Assembly (NCBI GenBank): GCA_045837725.1
Contig: JBEWZL010000152.1
Span: 434,001-498,000, forward strand
Direction: 5' to 3'
Source of the DNA: Vermamoeba vermiformis
Lineage: Eukaryota
Length of the DNA stretch: 64,000 nt
Every line of letters begins with the position of its first letter. Position 1 is the stretch's first letter. Made by a program: the position numbers and the translations under genes. The notes below the pieces were generated by a model that saw only the letters and a list, made by a program, of their open reading frames with translations, did no database searches and had not been told where the DNA came from. Shown here piece after piece: positions 47,568 through 59,229 of the stretch.

Positions 47568-50027
47568 CTACTTCCATATCTCCGAGGGGCGAGGGTGCGG
47601 TGGCATAAATGCTGGTCCCGGTCTGTTCAGTAGCGGATCGAGAATGCGCGGTACTGGAGGGAGTTGCCTGTCAAAATTGGAACCAGCTGTCATTTGTTGT
47701 CCTGGGTTGGAGGTCGCAGAAGAGTACGATGACAAGTTGGGTAGTCCTGGTGCCGTAGGCGCGAAGGGTAGTGACGGTGACATGCCAAAACTTTGGCCGT
47801 TTCGCTTGTCAGGTGTCGGTTGTATGTTAAACGGGAATTGATTCTGGTGTGGTGCGGAGGCGGAGTTGTTGTTGTTCGCAATGTGATTGGGACTACTAAT
47901 TGACTGGGTGATCATTGTAGTTAATGAGCTGTTCGTCTGTTGCATGGTGTTAGCGACAAAATTTCCTTTTTGAGCGGATGCGTTCGCTTGGTATGCATTT
48001 GGAGACGGGAAATTGTTCATATGACTGCGAATAGGCTGTGAATTCGGGCCTGGATTTGAATTCGATTCAGCTTTGAAGCTGTTCGGTGAGTGCGTGTGAT
48101 TCAGGCCTTGCGACATTGGATCGAAGAATTGTGGCGGGTACGACGGTGTGGGCACGAGGTGCAATGGTGTAGGCATGTGCGGCACTGGATACATGTGCGT
48201 GAAGTTGCCGTGCATGTTGCTGAACTGGTGCTGTGGGGGTATGAAGCTGTGATAATAGCCTGGCTGCATATTGTTCGTAGGAGGCATGCCAGCACTGTTG
48301 ATATGCTGTGGCGCGCTCATTGACGGCGCGTTTGATGTGTGATTTGCGTGCATGGACTCGTGGAGGTGATTGTGAGTGTAGTGCTCGTCTGCTGAAAATC
48401 CAGTCTGTAAATTAACTCTGTAGGGCTGCGAGTGTGTCGGCTGACTGTAATTGTTGCTGACATTAGTCGGGGTGAAGGACGACACGAGTTGTTGGTGCAC
48501 TTCTGGATGTATGTTCGCGAAGTGGCTGCTCGAGTAAAACTGACTCTCCAACTTCAGTCTATTCGTCTCAATTTGCTCGCGCTTCTTATCTAATTCATAG
48601 TCCAGTATAGGATCGCCATTAGCAGCGAGCCACTTGCGCACTCGATCTTCAAACTCAACCCAGCCAGAGATTCGGCTTTTTTCATTCATGAAGGCACTCA
48701 ATGTGCTCTCGCTTACTCGTAGATCTTTTGCAACTTGCTTTTGAGACACCCTGTTGATGTGCATAAGCCTCTTCAGCGAATAGATCAGCTCGACATTTGG
48801 GGTGAGAGGATCGACCTCGTTTCGTTCACTTTTGGGCTTCTTAGCAGGAGGAGGCACTTGATCAGAACCACTAGGACTCTCTTCTGATCCAGTACTGGTT
48901 CTATTGGTTCTCTTTCTTTTGCGAATAAGTATTAAAAGTTCTCCCTCATCGGCATCGGCTTTCGAACCTTCGGTCGGTTCCAAGCCTGGTTCTTGTTTGG
49001 TCTGCGAAATCTGTTAGCGATCTTCGCTGCTGGGTGCAATTGCTGAAAAAAGTTGATCTTGGCACGCCGAAGGCAGATTTGCAAAGATAAATTGCGCGTA
49101 AATTTGAGCAAAGTTTAATATCTCGATTTGTGATTAAAACCGTTTAAGTGCTTAGAATTCTAATCGATAATTGCTAGAATAATTGCTTAGAAATCGCGAT
49201 TATTACGTACTCGTCGCCGTTCAAGACAAGGTGGACAATTAATGAAAAAGAAGCTCGTCGTGTGATATCCGTACTTCTCGAGGGGATTCGTAGCGAAAAC
49301 GCGACTATCGACTGGCAAATGAGTGCTGAACAATAATTTGGTGAGTTGGTCTTCAGGATGCGACAACAATTGTAAACTACATACAAACAATAGGCAGACG
49401 GGCAATAAGCGCATCGGTAAATTTTGCCTCGGCTCTTAGAGGTAGCAGCTCCACATACCATGCACTTGTGCGACGGACAACCCCTGAATTGAGTGAGTAT
49501 TAGCGAAATAATTCTAAATTTCAGTGAGCTGATCTCAGATGCGTGCCACGTTAATCACCGATTTATCGTATTTGGCTCGCAAAGAATAATATTTAAGATT
49601 GACAATTATTATATGTTAATCGCAATAACTGACGAATTACTAACCATCGTGGAGCGGTGATCTTCGTTCCCACAGGTAAACAAGCTGCATGAAATGTTTT
49701 TGGACAAAAACTACATGGAATTAAGTCTTCGTCTTCTTTGCCACACATAAAGCAACATGGCTCGTGCTAATTATATGAAAATTAGCGAAAAATAATAAAA
49801 ATGAAACAGCTGAGATGCCGGAAATAAATCGAAAGTGGCTGCAACTTACCTGCATATCTGAGTGAATATCCCGTTTTTTAGGCTTGATTTCAGCCGGCTA
49901 AGTCACACAAGGATGAGTTTGCGTGGATTAAATTTAATTAACCAAACGGAGGTACCTCTTGTTCCGGCTGAAGCTTTTCAGCCCCGTCAGCACCAGCACT
50001 GCTGGCAAGACTTTGCTGTTCTTCCAT
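47568..50027 (-). CDS. PHD + C5HCH-like zinc finger / Cro-lambda-like HTH protein, paralogue 4 (start tentative)
   Basis: DMQ|HEPCCFMCGKEDEDLIPCSFCPKTFHAACLPVGTKITAPRW|GCPSHKCMVCGAATSKSRGKIYRCAYCPSAYC|THLP...FFFINCPPC, then PNVELIYSLKRLMHINRVSQKQVAKDLRVSESTLSAFMNEKSRISGWVEFEDRVRKWL. Confidence 0.75.
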
Positions 50028-50499
50028 GGTCTTAGAGCGCAACTATCAGTGCAGCAAAACCGCTTTGTGCGACAAATATTTGCCTCACTGGGCACTAAAA
50101 AAGGCAATTACCTCCGTGCGCTAGAACTGCTGCAAAATCTAGCGTCCGTTCATTCCTGACCTTCTTTGGGTGCCTTCGCAATAACCTTGATGTATTCTTC
50201 GCTACGTAAATTGAGGACGCGTTAGTCTCAAGTTTTTGTAAAATTACCTAATATGGGGTGCGTGATCTATTCTGCATCTGAAAAATAGACAAGTGAACGG
50301 GTAGTGAAATGATGAATCAAACTCGATTCTTTGTGTGGCAAATATTCGTGCGAGTAAAGTGTGGCAATTATTCATGGGCCAAAATTGGATTTTCTGTGAA
50401 CGGGTAACCGCATCTCGATCTAACGCTCAAATCGTAAGGTTAACATAAATAGAGTTTACTAGATACGCAAGAGGCTGTTCTAGACGCTTTCCGGCGATT

Positions 50500-52765
50500 T
50501 TAATGATATTCCATGACGTCCTCGATAAAACTGATAAACGAACCATAATTAGTGAATGAAATTTTACGCGAGATGGTAATGATTTTAATCTCCTTCGTTA
50601 CCAATAAAAATCTGGGAGCATAAGATAGCTTACCTTTTGTAGTTATGGATAGCATTACCACCAATCACAACGTTGATGCCAGTGTTGCGCTGATTGAACT
50701 CGTACACTGCAACAGCTTCTTCGTAGCAAGTGCCGCCTGCCATGAAGATGATCACTTCAGTTGGACGTTCTTTAGTGGCAGGTGGATCGACGTAAGGGAA
50801 GGCCACATCGCTCAATGTACCGGTCTGCAGATCGGCCAAAACTCGCTTGACCAAAGACTCGTTCTGCGAGTAGATATTCGTTACACCCATCAGACCACGC
50901 TTGATCTGACCGCGAGCAATGTCGAGCAAGTTCTTGTTCTTGAACAGATCAATGTCCATGCTGCGTCGCTTCTCACCAGCGTAATCGCGCAATTGCTTGA
51001 AAATAGCGAGCACACTCGGGGACAAGTTCTTCTTCGAGGCCAGAGCATTGACGAGCGATGAGAGCTCGTTGTTGGCAGTGGACTCGTAGCGCAGACTGTA
51101 CAAGAGCACTACACGCAGCGCGTCCTCACCTGAAATGTGCGAGTCATCCAACAACTGCTTGACTTTCTGCGACAAATTGCTGTCAGTCACTCGGTCTTAA
51201 AGTACTATATACACACGTATATTACGTACATTCAATGCATCAGCGTGGCCGTGGTGGCTAGAGAGTTCTTGTTCGAGTTCAGACACGGTCAGCAATTGAC
51301 GACGTTGGATGTGGCGTTGCAACTCTTCCACAATCTTCACGTGCTTGGAGACGTTGCCCGACAGCTTCTTGAATTCAGGATATTGTTCCACAAAGTTTTT
51401 CATGTCCTCTGTGGTGGGTGGGTTAGTGCTCAAGTCTCGTGTAACAGCATCAGCCCTACTCACCAATCGAAGCAATGTTCTGATTGATTTGCATCTTCTC
51501 TTTGTATTGATCGACGAGGTCTTTGATGGCAATGCCGAGGTCACCAAAGTTCTTGTACATGTTTTCACGATAAAACGGATCTTGTTCTGACAACACGAGC
51601 TGTTCTTTCTTCTCGCCGCCCTTAGCAATCTCCACTCTGTTGTTGCTGATACCCAAGTGGTCGTGTGTCATGGCTTGATACGTCCATTGCAGCAACAATG
51701 GGGTGACTGGATCGTCTTTCCGATCCAACACTAACACAACGGCCGGATTATTTCTAACGCAGTCGTTAATATCAGCGTTATATATCTATATTGCCTTATA
51801 ATTACCTCAAATTGCTGAACAAAGATTTCTGTGATCTCATTCTCGTCTGAAAGATGGCCGTTAACACTCGTTCCCTATTATAATGTATCTACATGGCACT
51901 TACAGTCAGTTCTTGAGCTATTTGCATCGTCACATCAGATGAGCGGGCAAATCGAACATTAGGCTTCAAGCGCATGGACAAGCAGCACGAGATGATGCCG
52001 TCGCACATGCGATTCAACTTCTCGCGCCAGTGATCAGTGCGCGGTGAGAGACAGTGTCGCAAGTTCAATGTGAACAGGTCTGTGTTGACTGCAAAGTAAT
52101 CTGCGAAGAATTCCTGTGCACGACAGATCAGCACTCAGGAACAACAGCAGCGGCACACGTAGTACTTACATTGACTTCTTGCACGACTTCATGCTCGTCT
52201 GAAGCGGCCAATTGTTCTAAATAAGTGTTGCTCACGGCATTTGAGAAGACTAAGAGAACATTATGCGATTAGAAGACTTGCTGCAGATCTGGATGGCCTC
52301 GTTGACACTTACATAAATAGTATTCGCCATACTTAGGCTTTCTTAATTCAGCTTTCAATTGATTGAGATTGTCTTCAGTGGGTCGCAAGAAACAGACGGC
52401 CTTTAAGTGAGCCATGACCTCCCGATTCGGTGTATCCAACCTCTCGAACAGATAAACCTCTTCTTGCAATATTTCTGATTGACTATATGCCATACTAACA
52501 ATACCAGCCTGCCATTGAAAATTGCGTTATTTTTACAGGACGGGTAATTTTCGAAAATTATCGTTTTATTTCAAACAAAAACGAAATAATTTAATAAGGC
52601 GAAATTATACTCGTGCGTAATGGAGTATAAATAATAATATGCTAGATTCTAATTAATAATATTTAATTCACTTACTGTTTCAGAATCTAACAGTAGCACT
52701 TTCATGCCGGGTGCTAACTTGACCATTTTCGACACATAGTCGCGTACTGCTTTGATGACGTTCAT
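50500..52765 (-). CDS. VPS45: Vacuolar protein sorting 45 (Sec1/Munc18 family)
   Basis: [15 protein letters not shown]...[68 protein letters not shown] and [12 protein letters not shown]. Confidence 0.93.
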
Positions 52766-52904
52766 TGTATAATTGCGTTTGTTATTGTAATGATCTAATT
52801 GTGCGCTCAGAGTCCGCGTCAGTCATGAAATAACGAAATTTTCAATTGATCTATTTTTCAAGTAACACGCACCAACAATCCACAAGACCTCGAGCAATGA
52901 TATT

Positions 52905-54264
52905 ATGGTACTCAAACGTGCATTATTAGTTGCATTTCTATTGTTCTTGCACGCATACGCGACGATCGACAACTTGCCTGCACTGATCAAACAAACTAAG
53001 CCAGCAATTGTCTCAATTTATGTTTATAACAAAGGCGATGAATTAATAGAAGGTGGAAGTGGATTTTTCATATCGGAGGATGTCATAGTCTCGAGCAGAC
53101 ACGGTAAGGCTCAGTTTTAAATAGGATGTAAAGTGAAATCCGGTTATCAGAAAATTTCAATAAATATCTAAACAGTCGTTATCGTATGCAAATACATAAG
53201 CACGATTTTCCCTACAATTCTCATCTTTGGCTGTTATAGTACGGAGAAATACAGCTCGACGAGATTTTGTCGCGTCAGCAACGTGAAATCCTTTAGATTA
53301 CATTTAAATCTTGGAAATCGATATGAATTCTAATACATATACTATTCATAGTATTTTGGAAACAAAAAAAGCTCCCAGAAGCCTTTTCTGCGCGAGTTCG
53401 GACGAACGACCGAGACAATCCCGTTGTGTACACGATTAAATCCATTATCCATGACGATGTAGATACGGATTTGATACTATTGAAGGTAATTTCAGCACGA
53501 TATTTCCATCAAAATCGTACACGTCACCACCCGATCCGAGTGTGGGTCTCTGCAGCCCAGACAAGTCTGACAGTATTATATGCATTAGGTCGATACTGAA
53601 GGCCATTCACAGCCCTATTTAACACTCGCGGATGAAGTGCCTGATGAGGGCGAAGAAGTGTTTGTCATTAGCAGTCCTGAAGGACTTGAAGGCGTCGTCA
53701 CCACTGGTACGTGTATTGCAACTATTCTTCGACCATATTAGGCAATAGAGCGCTAATATCACATTAGGTATCATTTCAGCGCACCACAATGAAATAGACA
53801 TGCAGATCAGCTGTCCAATATCGAGTGGCAGCAGTGGTGCGCCAGTGATGAACAAGCGCGGTGAAGTGGTGGGCATTGTGAACGGTTATTTCACTGTGGG
53901 GCAACTCATCAACTTCGCAATCAATGTGCGTCGCTTAGAGATGCTGGTGTTGGATGTGGATCACACACAGCGCGACAACTGGCCGACCTTGCCCGAGTGG
54001 ACAGCGACACACAGCACAGTGATCCCCAACAACAACGTTTCCACCACGACACTGCCCTCCTCGCTGTGGAGTCCGCTCCGATGGTGGGCTGGTGTCGCTA
54101 ACTTCACGAAGGCAATCTTTGGCACGAGTAAGACTGTCACACCGATGCCTGATCCGACCACCACTAGCACCAATAAGGCGAGTCCAACTCCTTCGACCAC
54201 ACCAGCCCCCTCTCCTATTGATGACCCACTTGTCCGTTCGCGTCGCGAAACTTGTGCCAAGTGA
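52905..54264 (+). CDS. Secreted trypsin-like (HtrA/S1C-like, no PDZ) serine protease with Thr/Pro-rich tail, 4 exons
   Basis: Signal peptide, then KPAIVSI...GSGFF..SSRH (His), DTDLILLKV (Asp), SPEGLEGVVTTGIIS and QISCPISSGSSGAPV (Ser)...GQLINFAI. Confidence 0.8.
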
Positions 54265-54739
54265 TGCACATTCTCCTCACAATGGTGATTTGTACATAGA
54301 ACTCGTTTGTTTGTAATTGTAATATAGTTGTTTTGTTAATTAAGGTCTTGATTGTGACTTAGAATAGCTCCCTTGGTGGATTATTGGAGAAATGCCTTAA
54401 AGGTGCGATCCGGACGGAACGTGATCCAGATGGGACACAATTGTCCGCTAGTGACTTGTAACGAACTCTAAGGAGTCGAGCTAAGAGTATTCCATATTGT
54501 GGTCTTAATGTCATTCTGGGAATCATTTGCTGTTTTTCGTGAAGAGATACTGAGCCAATTTATGGGACCATAAAAATTCACAGTTCTGATTCACGCGCAT
54601 TTTCTGGTGCTTAATAAGTTACAAAGATATTTAGAAAGGACCACATGACCTTTGACTGATCATAATTAGAGCTAATCATTGACAGTACTTCGAGTTATTT
54701 GTGATATCAAGCGAAGAAGATTCGACTCGCGCAATAACA

Positions 54740-57700
54740 ATGTCTCGGCTAGGACTATCAACGAGTAATTCACCAACTTCACTACCAGCAATATCAGTAT
54801 TGTCTTCGAGTGATAGCTTTAGTGCTGAATCAGGTAATTTTGATTGAATAGTTAGATCTGCCGCTAATTACATAACGACCAATAATTTAACAAACAGTAA
54901 ATCTGACATATTAATAATTAATATAAATGAATGACAATTAAAATAAGGCACACAGAATTAAATCAGGGGTGAAGGAGTTTCTCATCCTCTCGCGTCCCAA
55001 CTATAATTTCTTTACGCGTATCAAAATCGTTACGTGATACCAATTCATTTATAGAACATATTCTTATGGTATATTTAGCTCCAATTCCGAACCGATATCA
55101 GTACTAACGATCAACCCAAATTTACAGACAATGAAAGAAGCGGCGAAGAACCAACGTCAGCTAAAATATTACAAAATATAGAAGATATTCTAGAAGGATG
55201 TAAGTGCAATAATTAATGCTACTTAAAATTACGGACGTTTTGGATCGCGGGAATTATTTTTCCTTCCACTGAAACAAATGCAATGCTTTCATGATATTAT
55301 TCCTTCTCAATCATTTCTCTTATTCAAATATAAACTCTTCTTTGACGAATTCCGATCCACAAGCAGTGTCACGAAAATGATTTCCGTACACAAAGAACGT
55401 TCTAGAATTGAAGTCTTATAATCCATTCTAACACGTTATTAGCTGGAAGTAGCAGTAGCTCTAAAGAAGTAGGATGGCAAGCGGCTAGAATCAAGACTAA
55501 GCGAAAACGTTCAAGCGCACCACGACCAATTGTGTCGAATCCGATCGTGGAAGTGTCTGAGCCCATCACGCCTTCCACCTCGCCTCCTAGTAACGCAGGC
55601 GCTATATTTATGCAAGCACGTGCTGCTAATAATGGTCCCGCGACATTGGCGCCAACATCATTTAGTGATTCTAAATGGCAATCTTACTCGCGCCAAAATC
55701 GCGCCCGTTCAAAATCGATCGGTAAGCCAAATAGAACTGTACAATAGAACACATTGTTGCATTGACGCCGATCTATATTTATCGGCAACTTAGGTCAACC
55801 GAAATTTCCAAAGATTTCGAAATTTGAACCTCACCGCTAATTTATATGATTCTAATTATTGTAGGTAATATCGTGGATCAAACAAATCTAAAAATAGAAG
55901 GCTTTGCGACACTAGCACTAACACCCGCCAAGAGTATTGTTCGATTAATTTTGTCGCGACTCGATCTAACAACAATCACGACCTGCTTGCAAGTACGTTG
56001 ATGCCCATTTGTATATTATACTCGGTGCATATTTGCTCAATGTAATCACATAGGTCTGTCGGACGTGGGCTAATCTGCAGACTGACAAGACATTTTGGAG
56101 CATGGTGTACAAGCACTACGAAGAGCGATTGAAGCGTAAGTGCTCAATAGACAGCCAACAGATGTATTAATGCAATGACTAGAGCGCGATGAGAAAAATG
56201 TGAATATATGGGAGGCCTCGATTGAAGACAAAACAATCATTGAAGTATGAATCGCATTCTTTGCAACTATTTCACGTACTAACCGCGTCTCAGGACAAGG
56301 ATGGAAATATCAAATTTGCAACGCTGAACGGTCTCGTTGAGAAATTGACCCCTGCAGAACATATTCCCAGTACGTAGAACTCACTTAATGACACTTTTGA
56401 CACTTGTAATTGACACTTGCCCCGCAGACACATCAGACGCCGATGCATTGTTGACGACCTATCCGACCTTCACCACCGCGCAACAACTCGTGCGCAAGTT
56501 GTTTGAACGGTACAACGTGCCACCGCCTGCGAATAATAAGAACTTGGACGAGTACGCCAAGAATTTTGTGAAACCCATTCAAGTGCGCGTGTGTCACATT
56601 CTGAAGAAGTTTGTCATGTGGAAGTACGCCACGCTCGACAGGCACTTGATCAACTTGCTCAAAGTGGTGTCGAAATTGATGGAGGACAGACTCGGCGTGA
56701 CACTCAAATACACGATCATCAAAGAGAGCATGAAACTCGCCGAACAGCGCAACACACCACGCGCATCAATTGCACCCAAACCCGCAGCACCAACGACCAA
56801 GCCAGCGAAGACAGGCGTCAAACTGCTGCAGCCTGTCAAAGAGAAGAACGGACTGCTCTTGCACACCAACAGTGAACTGCTCGCCAAGCAACTGACACTC
56901 ATTGAATTTGAGACCTATGCAGTGATCCAAGCACAAGAACTGATTGGCGAGTCTTGGAACAAAAAGAACAAAGATCAGTTGTCACCCAACATTCGCAAAA
57001 TGATTGATCGGTAAGTGCATCGATATTAATAGCGTCGTAAGTGCCATAGTAACACTGCAACGTAGATTCAATTACACGACGAAATCTATCGTGACGTTGT
57101 TGCTGCAAGAAGAAAAATTGAAGACGCGTGCCAAGTTATTCGTCAAATTCATCAAAATCGCTGCGGTAAGTTGACGCATGATTAGGCTCCAAAGCCTATC
57201 AAATATTAACCCAATTATTAATTAGGCGCTGCGTAAAATCAACAACTTCCACACACTGATGGCCGTGCTGTCAGGACTGAATGACGGTCCAATTTTCCGA
57301 TTGAAAGCGACCAAAGAACAAATACCGCCCAAGTGGCTCAAAGTGTGGGAAGAGCTGCAGTCCCTCATGTCGCACGAAGGCTCTTACGCCAATTATCGCC
57401 ACGCGCTCTCAGCTGCACAGCCCCCCTGCATTCCTTACATGTACGTAGCGTCGAATTCGTTCAATATAACGCTCAGAGCTAATCCTCGTGCTACACAGAG
57501 GTATCTATCTCCGCGACTTGGTGTACATTGAATCGAACAATGCCCCCGAAGAGGTCAAAGTCCCTGACGGCATTCAATTCAAGCAGAAGAAACAAGTCTT
57601 CAGCGTGATCAAACTGCTGCAGACCTATCAAGAGCACCCGTACGCTTTTGAGCCCAACGACGAGTTGATTCAAATGCTCAACACGCTGCCCACAGTGAGT

Positions 57701-57841
57701 GACGACGAGTTGTTTGCACTGTCACGTGAACGCGAGCCCAAGACCAACCAAGCTCCTGGCTCGCGTGAAAGTGCTGCCCCGGGCACTGTCAAGCCGAAGA
57801 CTTCTGGCGAATCCTCGCGGCGGACATTAAATGTTCAATAG
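54740..57841 (+). CDS. Ras guanine-nucleotide exchange factor (REM + CDC25) with upstream F-box-like motif
   Basis: LTPAKSIVRLILSRLDLTTITTCLQVCRTWANL...FW (F-box-like), IKFATLNGLVEKLT and LTTYPTFTTAQQLVRKL (REM), LAKQLTLIEF..W..SPNI..MIDRFN, NNFHTLMAVLSGL and PPCIPYIGIYLRDL (CDC25). Confidence 0.85.
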
Positions 57842-58055
57842 GACTGATCGCTGTATTTATTTGTTGATTGTAAATAAATGTGCATAACCGAACCTGGCGT
57901 TCCCTTGATCGCGTTCAAATTGCGTGTCAAACTCGCTTGGAGAAGCATATATAAATAAACAACATCAACAGAGTAATTTTTAAGAGTTGTTTATTCGCTC
58001 ACCGCTTCAACCCAAATGTACATTAGATCGGTTTAGAGAAAAATATTTAATTTAT

Positions 58056-58682
58056 TTATTCGTTCTTTCTTCTGTACTTGCAGCCTTCAGTCAATCTGCA
58101 ACGACCACCAGTGGGTTGGCACAAAACGGTGCTGCAGCTGCCGCAAAGAACGACGGTTTGAGCGTGGCTAAAGAAAAGATGGGATTAGATCAAGATCAAA
58201 CAATACTGCGGGCATAAAAACCGATTATTATGGTGCAATTGCATATAATATTACAATAGGAATATTTAATCGTACTAAATTTTCGAAGATTCTTGTTCAA
58301 ATAATCGATCCAATTTTCAATAAACCCATAATTCGACTTCCTATTAGTTTAACAAATACGCCAATAATCAAATTATAATTACCTGAAAACAGTAGTAATA
58401 GCGTAGCAGCCGTCGCACTTAACGTCCATAAAGTAAGAGTTAGGGCTTTGGACTAATCTCTTCTTCTTGTGAAGAGTCTTTTCAACGTTTTCGTTGGGGT
58501 GCAACAAGTCAGTTTCGATGAGCTGTTATTAATAATTAGTAAGTTGCTCGTAAAATAATATTATTCAATAACTAATAATTTGTTCTAATCCGATGATCGT
58601 TGCCAGTAAACCATCAAACGCTGTAATATCCACTACTCATAATATTTATCGTATTATAACATCGCCGAATACATACCGGCAT
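58056..58682 (-). CDS. RPS27: 40S ribosomal protein S27 (eS27), 3 exons
   Basis: [85 protein letters not shown]. Absent from the ORF track. Confidence 0.95.
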
Positions 58683-59229
58683 TTTGTGCTGTTGGTGAGA
58701 ACGAACGGGCAGAAAAGAAGAGAGTGGTTGGACGGGATTTGAAGGAAAAACGGTTTTGGGTGGATTTTTTCTTTTTGACTGTCAAAAATTCGACCAATCA
58801 GGTACATGCATAGAAATAGAACGCGATAGAATTAAATAATTCAGCTGCAAGCTTCTATTGGTTGTACAGTATCTAACGACAATAAGGATCTAACTTTAGA
58901 TAGCGCAAAATCTTGTAATTTGCCAGCGACTCAACTTAACTGGATTCGTTAACGTGTGAACTTAGCATCAGTTGGTTGTGGAGGTTATGTTAATGTTCGA
59001 TAATCGTACGTACCTACGATTCGTTTACATCGGATCGCCCCCACGTGCTTTTCACAACTTTCGTGTTTTCGTTTCTGGGAAGAAAAGAAGTATTTTTCTT
59101 TCCGTCCACCAGCACAACTGAGGAGAGGTAATTTAATTTTTTAATATTTATGTTGGAATTATTTTAATAATAATAATAAATTCTTATTGTACAATTTGTG
59201 CTGATCAGATCTGCTGTGCAAACCGACAA

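Noticed and set aside
58169-58676. Intronic snoRNAs in RPS27
   Set aside because: No convincing C/D box pair or H/ACA two-hairpin structure found by eye.
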